A stretch of DNA of 64,000 nt from positions 11,998,451 through 12,062,450 of the forward strand of contig NC_134035.1 in NCBI RefSeq assembly GCF_964204645.1, given 5' to 3'. Position 1 is the stretch's first letter. Every line of letters begins with the position of its first letter. Under the pieces are notes generated by a model, which was not told the origin of the DNA, ran no database searches, and saw nothing but the letters and a program-made list of their open reading frames with translations. Source of the stretch: Tubulanus polymorphus. Its lineage: Eukaryota > Animalia > Nemertea. The translations under genes were made by a program, and so were the position numbers. Shown here piece after piece: positions 14,601 through 26,900 of the stretch.

Positions 14601-17600
14601 TGGAAGTTCTCGCCCCTATTCTAAATTCCTGGATGTATTCGTACACCAGTTTGTGCCGTAAATCTAACTTAATAATTTCAAACTTTCTACTTTAATCTTA
14701 AGGTTGGGATGCGTCAATTAGTTTTTTCTTCAATTCCTACCGCTATCTTTCTGACTGGTATGATCAAGGGCAGGTCCGGAACCGGCTTTTCCCGACTGGC
14801 GAATCCAGCGGTTTACGCTGTCGCTATCCGGAGACCAGCCACATTCATCTTTCTCAAAATCACACATTGCTGAAAGCAAAGAGACAATTTTTCTCATCTA
14901 TAGAAGTATAGTACATGGGTAGGGTGCTTGATATCTTAGAATCATCAATTCACTGCTAAGAATATCAAATCCAAAATCAAGATTTAGAGTAAATGTTCTT
15001 AAATATCTTACCATTATCTGCGCAGAGTCCATCAGCGAGTTCTACATCATCTATTGCTATATCACCTAAATGTTGTTTACCGGTTACGCCTTCAAATACG
15101 ATCTACAAATCAAACATACAGAACATATAACATAACGGATGAAGAGAATCGAAAATTCTGGTTAAAATTTTTCTCGTCAAATATGGTTCCTCACTGGTCG
15201 AGACTGATATTAATCTCAGTATTTCAGTATTTCTCAGTATTTAACAAGCAAAACCTACAGTTGATGATTCAACAATTCATTCTGACAGTTTCAAAGTTGT
15301 GACTAAACTTCATCGTCAAAGAAATGAAAATGTTTTTATTCAATAATGAAGTTAAGTCAAAACTTTGAAACTGTCGGAATAAATTTTTGAATCATCAGCT
15401 GTGGGTTTTACTCATCGAACTGGACCCAGGGGCCGGTTGCATAGTCATGGCTTAGACTTAAGACCAGTCGAAGACCAACTTAGTTCTATAGCCAATCTAA
15501 CAACTTAAGGCTAGTCTTTAGATCTTAAGTCCAGGGGCCAGTTGCATAGTCATGGCTTAGACTTAAGACCAGTCGAAGACCAACTTAGTTCTATAGCCAA
15601 TCTAACAACTTAAGGCTAGTCTTTAGATCTTAAGTCCAGGGGCCAGTTGCATAGTCATGGCTTAGACTTAAGACCAGTCGAAGACCAACTTAGTTCTATA
15701 GCCAATCTAACAACTTAAGGCTAGTCTTTAGATCTTAAGTCCAGGGGCCAGTTGCATAGTCATGGCTTAGACTTAAGACCAGTCGAAGACCAACTTAGTT
15801 CTATAGCCAATCTAACAACTTAAGGCTAGTCTTTAGATCTTAAGTCCAGGGGCCAGTTGCATAGTCATGGCTTAGACTTAAGACCAGTCGAAGACCAACT
15901 TAGTTCTATAGCCAATCTAACAACTTAAGGCTAGTCTTTAGATCTTAAGTCCAGGGGCCAGTTGCATAGTCATGGCTTAGACTTAAGACCAGTCTAAGAC
16001 CAACTTAGTTCTATAGCTAATCTAACAACTTAAGACCAGTCTTAAGATTTAAGACCACTTTTGGACTTAAGTCATAACTGTGCAACTGGCCCCAGATTTT
16101 AGACCACTTTTGGACTTAAGTCACGACTGTGAAAACCGGACCCAGATCGTCGAAGACTCACTTGAAATTTGGACGATTTGAACATTTGTTTTTTCACCGA
16201 CACGCGTCCTGAGAACCACTGGTTGTCCTGATCTCCGCTTAAACTCCACAGCAATTGCGCGGTCTTCGGTTTATCGGCTTCTCGCGCATAAACTTTCATC
16301 GTCTCGATATCCTTACCGCTCATAAAATACCAATACGAGAAACAGTAATCTTTACCGGCCGCGTAACTCGGCGATACGAATCGAGCCTTGTCTCCGGACT
16401 TTTGACTCGTCATTTCCGTGAACATGTAATACCCTAAATGGATAACGAAATATTCGGACATTGAAGAAACACCTGCAACAGGGTGGCGCCACTTTCCAAC
16501 AATTTCTAATTCCCTGAGTTTGCCCTGATATTTCCATATAATAGCATAAAATTCCCTGAGTGAATCAGAGAAATTGCGAGGTTTAAAATGTTATAATCTC
16601 TAATTATCTTTTATGAATTGCGTATTGATAAAGAAACGCTAGTCAATAGCATATACAAATTCCCAGAGTTTTTCCGGATTTGTCCCACAATTTCAACATT
16701 CTCTTTGTTCCGCGCAGAAAGTTGCACACTGATGACTTTTCCTGTGGTGAATCTAGCAACTTATGACTAGTGTTGAGATTAAATACCCCTTTCGGACTAG
16801 TTACGGCTGTCCGGACCAAATGATTATATCTAACATTTACCTGCAGAGGTTTGTAGTGTATGATCAACGTCCGGTCCAGTGAACCAGGTTTTAGTCGGTC
16901 CCTGTTGTCGTGTCCAGTTAAACTGACCGGTCGAATCGTGAGTCCAACCGCACTGATCGCTTTCAAAGTCACATTTTCGCGCTGCGCCGACGATTTCGCC
17001 AGGTGGCACTATCGTAGCTGAAATGACGGAATGAAAAAAAAGATTGGTGCCAAAGTAAGAATCTAAAATCAACGAGTTTGCAATATGGAACCACTACTAG
17101 AAAACAATTAAACTCTAATCACACAGTTGATGAAAAATATCTTGCTTATTTTCAAACAGTTTCGAGATTTTGCATAAATTGCTATCATCAGTATGATCGG
17201 AAAATTCTCGAAACTGTTAGAAAATAAAAGAGATATTTTTTTTTCCATCAATCGTGGAATTTATCTACAGAGGAAAACATCATAAAACTATTATCTAACA
17301 TGATACGAGCGATATTAGAATGAATCAGGTACATACGTTCTGGACAACTGCCAGCCGTCAGAGACACATCATCGACTGCGATATCTCCGTATGATCCTAG
17401 TTTCGTGGCTTTCAAAACGACCTAAAACAGTTAAACAACACGATCGATAATCTGAGAAACTCTTCTCGAGAATTATCGAGTGAGTATCGAATTTCCATTC
17501 GAGTTATCTTCACCCAAAAGAAACAAGAAAATCCTACAATCGATGAGATATTTTTTTTTTTTTTTCAGAAACTTTCCCAAAATATAAAAAATATTTCGCG

Positions 17601-20600
17601 CGGTAACCCAGTGCGACTAGCGACACGACAGAATCCTCCCTTGCCACAGGCATTGCCGGTACCCCATTCTTAAAGTTATTATGATTTTGTTGATCTTCTA
17701 CCTGCAGTTTATCGGCGGGTTCAGGAATGTTGACTAAGCCTTCGATCCACTTGTTGCCTTGATCACCCGATCGTTGCCACAACTGCTTTCGTTTGTTGTC
17801 ATTAGTCCTTTGCATGACCCTCAACGACCCGATGCGACTTCCGTACATGTGATACCAGAATCGAAAGCATCTTTTCTGCCCTTTTCCTACTCGAAATTGA
17901 GGAGACAGCAAAGTTGCCCCGCCGTAGAGCGGCCCGGTCGAAGATTCTAGATAGATGTACTTTCCCTCTGTTTAGGAAAGAAAAACGATGTTAACATTTA
18001 ACGCTGAATTCATGTATAGAAAGTCATGGCTTACACTTAAGATCAGTCTAAGACCAAGTTAGTTCTTTAGCCAATCTAACAACTTAAGACCAGTCTTGAG
18101 ATTTAAGTCCACTTTTGGACTCAAGTCGCGACTGTGCAACTGGCCCCAGGGTCTAGTTGCACAGTTATAACTATAGGTCCAAAAATGTTCTTAAATTATA
18201 CATGGTAAGTGTGTTGGATTCGCTACAAGATGGAATTGTCGGGGAATCCTGAAAAAAACTCTCTAAATCTCTAAGAATTCTCTAAATAAAAAAACCAAAA
18301 TTTGGATATGCTGTATTTGGAATTATCAGGGAATCAAGAAAATTTCATTAAAAGAAATCTTGATTCGCATCAGAAAATCAAGAAAAACGACAGACTTAGT
18401 ATATCTTACTTCCGGTAGTGTGGTCTCTCCCAGGACCAGTGCTTCCTGTAGCTGTCGATCCTGTATTCAATATCCATTTCATTTCAGTGGCTCCGTTAGT
18501 CCACTTACAAATGGTTCCATCATCAAAATTGCAGTCTAACTGGCTCTCAGCAATTACATCTATCAAAAAAATATTCAGTGTTTAGAGATTAATAGAGCTT
18601 CAATGCAAATACCTAATATACTTCAATCTAAAAATGCAAGTTTGACATTTGTTTTATCTTTCAACCCTCCGTTGAGAAGACCAGCAACCGGTCGCTTGAA
18701 CCACTGCGCCTCTCTATTTATTGATTATTTTAAGAAATCTTAAGAATCATATCGAATAAAGTACATGCGTTCATACGTTACTAGGTATGTGCGCACCTAA
18801 CTAGTCTTATCAGTAGCTTATCAGTTGAGTTCAAGAAAATATTTCTAAAACAATATTTTCACCGGGGCGACCAGAGAAGATAAGCAGTACTTGACCAGTC
18901 TATGCGTGTTATCAGAGGGTTCTACAGATTTAAATTCAACAGAAACGATATTTATCTCATATTCACAGATCAAAGGAATGAATGATCAATCAATCTTTGA
19001 GCCTTTAAAATAATACTTGTAACACCACCAGACCCGTAGCCATCCATGTCTGCGTCAATTTACGAGAAAGTGGAACTTCTTATAAGAAGTCACCAATGTC
19101 TGGTGCTAGGAGTACTCGCGCAGAAAGTGTTTAGAAATTTGAAAATGAGATGCAAAAAGAAGCAATTTCACAACTTCAGCTGTATTTGTGGTGAAAATTT
19201 TGCTACTTTTTCCCACAATTCGGCCTCAAATCAACTAAATTTGGAAGCATGTGCATATTTTGAACAAAAACGAATGAAAAAGTGTCTTTTGAAAAATCTT
19301 ATGAAATCCATGCTCAAAATTTCTTTTAGCCACCATCTGTACGGAACTTTGTCGATGAGTGGGGAGGGGGGTTGTTCTAACACCCCTGAACCCCCTAAAT
19401 ACGGGCCTGACCAATTTTCCAACCAAATTATGTAGTTGTAGATCATTAACAAATACAAGTGTCCTATAATGATTTCACATTAATCATCAGCAAAATATTT
19501 GAAACCATATTTACAGTTTCAGATTTAATAATTTATCCCCACCGAAAGAATATTCGGCCATTAAATCTTATTCATTAATTATTTGTTTTAAAGTATCAAC
19601 TCAATTGTGATTTATATTACCGGTAAGTAACAAGCAAAGACACCCTTCAACGTAGTTGAAAATCTTTTTTATCTATGTATATATTTATACATATGTACAT
19701 GTATGAATATAAATTTGTGGAAAAATCATTCAGAATAGAAATAATGAAAAATGTTTTGTTTCTAAAAAGTTCCGAGGGGCTTTTAGTTAGGCTTAGCGAG
19801 GAGTAATAAAGCCATTATGATTGTAAAAATTATTCAAGGCATCTTCATATCAAATACTGACTATTGAATTCTAGACACCACTAGGGTATTGGGTATTGTA
19901 TTGTATTCTGCTGGTATTGTAAAATGGCATTATTCAATTGGTAGCGATGTGCCATTCGAAAGCCAGTCCTCACAACAGGCTTACCATACCAGGTTTAACC
20001 AACAGGCAACAAGCCTGATGAACAGTGGAGTGACACCACACTTGACTGGTCAATGATCGCGGCCACTCGACTGACTCATCACACAACAATACGACATTCT
20101 CGACACTTTTGAGAGCTCAGTCTACCGACGAACAGTGCCAGGCAGGCAGTCGTCTGCTGGCAGTGGTCAGCATGCTGAACTTACTCGTTCAACTTTCAAG
20201 AAGCTTCAGTATTGCGGCGTCTGTCATCCTCAACTAATGAAACAAACGTTGCGCAAGCGTTTGCCACGTGGGGAATTCTTATCTATCGTCTGTCCTTCTT
20301 ATTAACTTTTGAATCGCCCACGATTCATTACTTTTTACCGGGACATACAGCAAATTGAGGAAGGCTGATAAACTTTCTAAACACTGGTGGCGCTACTGTA
20401 CGGTACTGATAGTATATAGCGCGTGCGGGCTCTGTAAAATCCCGACGCATTGTAATTTTCCAGAATCCGACCATTTCCCATCGGACATCCGACCCTGGAC
20501 AAAATTTACCGGTTCGTTACTGTCTGACATTTGCCTCTATTTCCAAAGGAACATTTTCCGCTTTTACCGAACCTTGCGATACCAGTGCCGCTCAGACTCA

Positions 20601-21376
20601 GGCCGCCGGCGCGCATGGCATCAAGCGGCCTAGAGGGAATCAAACAGGGCGCCATTCTCAGCCATTTATGAACCCTTTCAAGACACACCCCGTGTCCAGC
20701 TAAATAGATAAGCGCAAGGTCCACATAGTCGATCGCTGTCTTTATCAATACGTCCACGATCCAAAAGTACACACTTACACTTATCGCTTGTCAGAGACCA
20801 GGAGTTGGACTTTACTCAGTAACTGAGGGGCGTTTCGATAGTTAGATATCATATTCTAGTCAATAAATTCAAATCACAAATCTATCAACAGGTCCAAAAA
20901 AAATAACGAAGGTCCAAGAAAGATTTCCAATTTACAGCAGAAACTGACAGGAGTTTGACACAAGATTTTGCCATATGATCCAATCATTGCCAGAAGTAAT
21001 TTTGTGACGAAGTCTATCGTTTAAAACAATTGAATGCAATTAGTATATTAGCATTAAAATGAAAAGATCTACCTACACATACATGTATACAGTAACGTAA
21101 TGCAATTATTGCAAAACGAACAAATTTTAAATGTACTTAACTTGACGCAAATGAATATAAAAATGTTATCAAAATGTTAACATTTTCTCTCACTGTTGAT
21201 GGAAAGAACTAGGACTTTCATTTTCGATTTCTCTTTCAATAACTACATGATGATAATTGCGATAGAAACTGCGAGAAATTGCGGAAGATAATCTTTACAT
21301 AATTTTATACTGTGCTCTTACCTGACGAGGCCAAGTGCACCGCAAGTAGAATCAACACCTTAACGGACATGCCCAT
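12..21376 (-). CDS. Large multi-MAM-domain extracellular protein (MALRD1/MAMDC4-like family), 3' end outside window; ~1984 aa in window, >=12 MAM domains
   Basis: 36 GT-AG exons in continuous phase: 21376-21322 (signal peptide MGMSVKVLILLAVHLASS), 18559-18410, 17967-17702, 17421-17337, 17017-16841, 16433-16162, 15102-15012, 14869-14741, 14313-14042, 13535-13451, 13363-13280, 13023-12880, 12508-12243, 11953-11869, 11721-11563, 11021-10867, 10781-10674, 10532-10442, 10037-9729, 9137-8955, 8829-8620, 8254-7989, 7615-7528, 7431-7267, 6832-6644, 6118-5957, 5703-5563, 5241-4997, 4896-4815, 3721-3593, 2976-2860, 2057-1786, 1591-1513, 1418-1272, 885-538, 158-12. Repeated MAM motifs CxFE..CGW...W....TGP..DHT.G.GxYMYIE...CLxFWYHMxG..IGxL.V...W...G.QG..W...vvFeG....GDIAIDD. 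Confidence 0.92.
990..1100. mobile_element. Short TIR MITE (family also at ~39853-39960, ~58396-58506, ~36280-36362)
   Basis: GGATCAAGTTCCACAGTT...AACTGTGGAACCGGATCC inverted ends, dispersed copies. Confidence 0.65.
2585..2843 (-). mobile_element. 5'-truncated L2/CR1-group LINE 3' end with (ATT)n tail
   Basis: Minus strand encodes KTFTFMAPTLLNVLPQEIRESPTVSCFKSRLKTFYF, the typical ORF2 C-terminus, followed by ...GCGCTTTATAAGTAAATAA(ATT)n at 2585-2626. Confidence 0.7.
3754..4740. repeat. 22-bp minisatellite (~45 copies)
   Basis: Unit GATACCATGGGATCTGGTGGCT and variants, intronic. Confidence 0.95.
6204..6481. mobile_element. Non-autonomous piggyBac-type element (MITE)
   Basis: TTAA on both sides (6200-6203, 6482-6485); TIR CCCTTTCAGTGC...GCACTGAAAGGG; internal TACACCGCAGTGCGGTGTA hairpins. 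Confidence 0.85.
7651..7938. mobile_element. Non-autonomous piggyBac-type element (second copy)
   Basis: TTAA-CCCTTTCAGTGC ... GCACTGAAAGGG-TTAA; colinear with the 6204-6481 copy. Confidence 0.85.
10140..10330. mobile_element. Degenerate older copy of the Penelope-like fold-back family
   Basis: Recognisable TCCCACAAT..GTCGGAAATG..TAGTAGTTTAT arm and CAGTATTCCTGGAGACGACTATTAGGATATA..GAATAAACTACAC..CAAGGAA; the hammerhead core is mutated. Confidence 0.5.
11262..11453. repeat. 24-bp minisatellite (8 copies)
   Basis: GGGTCCTGGTGTAAGCATGTTTAA x8, intronic. Confidence 0.95.
15426..16093. repeat. 105-bp tandem array derived from a MITE (5 partial units + 1 complete MITE)
   Basis: Units start at 15426, 15531, 15636, 15741, 15846 and 15951. 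The last unit continues to the right TIR ACTGTGCAACTGGCCCC. Confidence 0.9.
19029..19409. mobile_element. Putative MITE with CAG(A/G)CCCGTA TIRs
   Basis: CAGACCCGTAGC ... TACGGGCCTG termini with G/C-run subterminal motifs. Confidence 0.5.
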
Positions 21377-23973
21377 CGTTCAGATCTGCAGTTTGTGCGT
21401 TTGTATGAGAACCATTTATTTGAAGTTCTTCGATGTTGTCCCAGTATCACAAGAAACAAGCTGTAAGGTCGCCACAGAGTTGGACGTCTGAGCAAGAAGT
21501 AGCTGACCAGTTGTGCCTAGAGCGAGGTGGGCGTTTTGTTGTTTACCTGCCTGGGCTCGTGTGGACAACTGAACGTTTTCGAAATTCAGGTGTATAAGAT
21601 AACCACTGATAAGACACAAGACGATACTCGGTACCGCCTGGTACAATCGCAATCAGGCTGATAAGACCTCTTTAGAATTTAGAGTTAGACGATAATGAAT
21701 TTAAGCTTATGTAAAATCTATTTCTAGCTCATATTAGTGTGAATTCAGTTATTGAATTTATTGATATTACACCTTGACCTCAGCGGGCAGATGGATGCTT
21801 ATATATCACACTTTTGGACCGTTGTACAGACGGATTCTCCGGATGTATCGATAAACAAATGTATTTACTTCTCACTGTGAGATTGATCGTCGTACTTCGT
21901 TGGGTCAAAAATGTAAATTATAAAGCTGGAGGACCGCGGGAACTATGGTCGTACTTCGTTGGGTCGTAGTATAAACGGCTCTCTTATATTTTTAGCCAGC
22001 GAAAAACCACAATTCTTGTACGCCATTCTTAAATAACCCCAGATCAGACACGACGATAAAAAGTCTCGTTAAAGGAACGAAGAAAAACATGGATAGTTCC
22101 TCTTTCCAAAAAGTATCAAAAGCGTGTCATGTTTTGCGATTTGGCTGCGCGGGTCACCATCGCTACCGCGATACCTCTGTTTAACATTGTTCTCAAGTAT
22201 GTATTTCTCTCGAGTCCTAGAGCAGCTCGTTATACCTAATTTCATGAACAGTCAATGCATTTTTTTCAAGTACCTGATTTTCACATGTATAAAACACACA
22301 CGGTGTATTTCTTGTTGTTGCACATATTATTGGCTACTGTTTAGTTAATTTTGAAAGAAATCACGTAGAAGGAAGTCATTTAGCCGATGGAACAAGATGC
22401 CTTTCTGTTATCCAGCAAAGTCAAAGGTACTATAACTTCCAAATCTCTTTAATATAGATAAGATGAAATATCGTGTTTTTTTTAAATGTTTTTGTGCACT
22501 AGTGCAAGGTATAGATGTAATACGAAATCAAATGTTTGCATCTAGGATTAGATACGGTTTCACGCGTAGAAGCTTTTTGCCAGTACTTGAATAAATAGAA
22601 ATAGGCAAATATTATACAACTCAAGTGCGGTAATTTACAAAAATCTCATCTGAGTGGGATAGATGTTTTTATTTATCGTTTGAAAAATTAAGATCAAGGC
22701 AATCTGCATGATGATTTTCTGTTAGCGGTATCACAAATATTAGACGTAGCCTATCTATGTAGAGCTGTGGGCGAGGACTCAGTGAAGAGTATTTTTAATC
22801 TGATCTCAATTGAGAGAGTAAATACAAGGGGGTATGTGAAGAGACCTTTAACCTATATGCAAATATGACAGCAAAATTTAACCCTTTGCGACGAAAAAAC
22901 TACACAAATGACTTGGCGTATGATAAACTGAGCGATGAAGAAAATGCATAGACTCACAACGATAGTTACAAAACTTCACGAAAATTATCAATGTCTGTTT
23001 CTTGAAGAAGATTGGATTTAGATAAATCTGGAAACTGTCATATTAACTTTAGAATATCATCATTGTTTGATCATTCATTACCAAAGACATGATTGTGGCC
23101 TAAAGTAGAATGAATAAATGGTTGTTATGAAATGGTTGGTATTTCAAGAGGTAAAAAGGAGTAGGAAATTGTAAATTTAAATAGAAGTAAAGATAACCAC
23201 TCGAAGTAAAATCAGATATTGGAAATACCGGATTTTGGGGTCAGCTCATAGCATTTACCATGTAACTAGGCAATTCAATTATGATAATCAGGGGAAGAAC
23301 ATGCATGTAATAGAATAGATAGTGTTGTGCAATCCTGAGACACTAATGGTAAAATTACACAGAATTGAATGATAACAGCCGCTCTTTTTACCTATCAAAA
23401 CACCTTGGTTTCATATCAACAGATAGGTCCCATGAAGAATCGCGCTTATAATATTTTCGTCCGCCGAACTTTGCTCGGCGACTCTAAAAATCGATTTCAT
23501 TGATAGGAAAAATTCGCATTTTATTTTCCGGATGAATTCGTTTTCGTATGAATTCAGTTCGAAACTCATTCGTAACTACTTCGTTCGGTGAATTTACTCT
23601 CGTTTATTGATCGCGGTTAATTACTGATCAAATGTTCGACCAGTTATCGGTATGGAATTTCTGCGAGTGCATTGCGTGGGGTTTTCTGATCCAGTTGTAA
23701 AGTGTTAAAACCATTACGCACTACGAAAGTCGCACGGGTAACACGCCCAACATAGTAATACACCTCTTAACATATAATTGCATATAAGATATTTGTTCGT
23801 CTAGAGTTCGAGGGTGAGTAGTACGAAGTGAATTTCAGGGAGACATACAAACAGTTCTCTGTCTAAGGAGCTATCGCACAGAACTCAGAGCTAGCGAGGA
23901 ATCCGGCCGGCAGATTTTTTTGGGAAACCGATTTTCTATATAAGCGCGTTATATCATACTGACCAGAAAAAAA

Positions 23974-26900
23974 ATGCCAATTCAAACGCCTTTAAGCGCG
24001 GAAGTAACGACGAAAACGATTCGCGAAGGAAACAAAAGATCGATAATTACCGAAACTAAAACCACAGGAATTGACGAGACTGGAGAGAAAATCATCGAAG
24101 TGGTGACGGAAACGAGGACGGAAGAAATCGAGCCAGACGACCCGGAATACGAGCACGAAACGGCCGGTCAATCATCGTCATCAGATAATGAGAACGATGA
24201 AGTGAAGGAGGAACGAGCGCACACTGCGGAATCGGTGCCGTCCACCATCGTGGATGACTCGAAGGTAGGGAGCACCACCCCTCCGATATATCGAGATTTG
24301 AAACCTGACGCTAGTTAAAACTTCAGTTCACAGGTTTGAAGCAATTAAAGTTCTGATTGATTAACGGGTTTCGGACGAAGTCTTCGTTTTGGCCCGCTTC
24401 ACATTGTGGTGTTTTGCACTGGTCATTATAGAAAACAAGAACTAGAGCTAGATAATCGTTGGTACAGTACCATTGCAATTGTTTAAATCATCATTAAAAA
24501 ACAAATTTGAAAGATTCTAGATTTAAAATGTTCTAAACAGGTTTGTTAAACACAATTTATATTGTCTTGCGCACATGATAAAACAGAGCTGATATGATAC
24601 TATTAGAGCTTACAGAATAGTAAACAAATATCATTTAATCGTCAAAAAGTGTTCTCTAAAAACCATAGATTGAATTGCGCACAAGCTCAGTTGAGCCGGG
24701 AGATTTGAGATGAAGGTAGCTTCAGTAAATTAATGTAATAAAATCTGGTAGGCTAGTTGGTGACCACGGCAGGGCACTCATTGGGCACCGCCACGGCCGG
24801 CCAAAATTTAGGGCCCAATCAAATGCTTGTTTAGAATTTTTTGCATATGCTGTCTTACCCAGAGGAGGAGTTTTATTTATTCGAAAATTGTGGAATGCTG
24901 CAAAGCGTTTCGAATTAATAAAACCATGCTCTGCGGGCCTTCAATGAGGTTCTTGGCCCATTCTCTGGTAGGAAAAATAATGACGTGTATCGACCCGCCC
25001 CAGTAAACTCATTTGCTTGGTGCTGCCATCTCTGCCCCATTTACTCAATATAGACCCACAGGGCCTGATTTATCTATTTCACCGTACAGTGCTGCCACCT
25101 CTGTGCCCTTCTTACTCAACGTCGAACCTCAATGTTTGATCACATGATCTGTCATTCGGCTCCCATTTTGTCTTGAACCAGGAAGTGGTAGGCGTTAAGT
25201 CGCAACAGAAACGAGCAAAACCCATTAAACACAGCGTCAATTTGTCTAATTACAGGCGAAGAAAATGAGCGAAGTAGAATTACCGGCTGATGCGCCCAGA
25301 CCGAGACAGTGTACACTCCGAAAATGGCCGGATTTCAACGGCTACGGATTTAATTTACACGCCGAAAAACAGAAAGTCGGTCAGTTTATCGGTAAAGTCG
25401 ACGACGAATCGCCGGCTTTCTACGCCGGTTTGAGACAAGGCGACCGAATCGTCGAAGTGAATAACACGAACGTCTGCAATGAAACACATTCTCAGGTCGT
25501 TGACCGCGTGCGTAAATGCGGCGATCAAGTATCAATGTTGGTAGTCGACGTGGAAACGGATAAATATTACGACGTGCGAGGCTTGACCGTCAGTAGTACG
25601 TGGCCAAATGTGGAATATCACGAAACGCCGATTCCAAGACCAGGTAAGAGATTGATGATAGGTCCTATGCACGATGATGAGTTTGATTCCATTATATTTA
25701 GTTTATTTACAGCTAGGGGGAGCTGTGTGTAAGACCCGCAGCGACTGTAGTTTCAAAGGTGTCCCTGATGGTTCCTAACCATAACCCTAGTCCCTCGTAA
25801 TGCTAGGCCGCATAGTGAGAAGGTCACCTAAACTGCAGTTAGACTCAAGACCCTTCACCCCCTTCCCTCATGAAACTCTACTGCTACAAGTTCCTAGATT
25901 TGATTTTACTAAGATGGTCTTGGACTGGTCCCAAAACTAAGCCTTGTCCCTGCAACAGAAGCCAGACCTAGTAGGTGCACAGTCATGAGGTTATTGGTTC
26001 GAAAGATGGCCATTTTAATCTAAAGATTGGTCTTTAAGTTGTTAGATTAGTTGTAGAACCAAGTTTGGCCCAGGAGCCTAAGCTCATCTATCCTCACCAT
26101 CCTGGTCTATGAAGCCTTTTTTCTGCATATATAATTTGCAATGTTCTTCTCTTCTTGAAGCAGAACTGTTGTCTCTCTTTTCATATGGCTTCACAAAGGA
26201 GAGGAAGGCTTCATATATCCAGTTTCATATGGCTGCGGTATAAGATGTCGAGTTCTATGATGCAATTTTTTTTATTTCACTGGTTTCCGATATTGGGTTC
26301 ATATAAACTGAAGGTCTGCGCAGGAATATGCAATGTGTTTCCTCCACTCAATATATGCCATCAAATATTGTTCAGCTGTAGAACTGAGCCAACATCAGCT
26401 CTAGAGAGCTGCGCATGTGGCATCTCAAACCTCACAAGCACGTCAAGTCAATACCACTTGGCTACAAGTTGTTGCTGGGTCAATTCCAAGGTTTGACAAA
26501 ATCAATCTGCGCCATGAGCTTGAAATTATAAGTTTAAGGGTCCGTGATTTGGGTAGGCCAATTTTTACTCTAACTCACGGTTTATCTCAATTATTTGGAA
26601 GTTTCGAACACAGTTTACTCATTTGTGACTTAAATCCAAAACTAGTCTTAAGTTGTTAGATTGCCTGTAGAATCAAGACTGGTCATAAACTACTGGTTCT
26701 AAATCTTAGATTTAAGCAGTTAGGTCTGTTTGATTTAGGATAGGCCGACTACTGAATCGGCCTATCCTTGTCGAAACGAGTCCCCGAGAAGTATTCTTTA
26801 CACTAGTTGAAAGTCCAGGTATTGTTTAGTTACTAGTGTTTGTTCATGTATATATTAGTCACAGATCCGTATACTATATATATACACCACCCTCGTGTAA

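Noticed and set aside
19870-20830. GC-richer block with short ORFs in MAM intron 1 (possible mobile element or enhancer)
   Set aside because: No recognisable protein motif, termini or TSD; cannot be classified from sequence alone.
22387-22426. Possible upstream coding exon of NHERF (MEQDAFLLSSKVK)
   Set aside because: Weak donor in phase 1, incompatible with the phase-0 acceptor at 25256; no other support.
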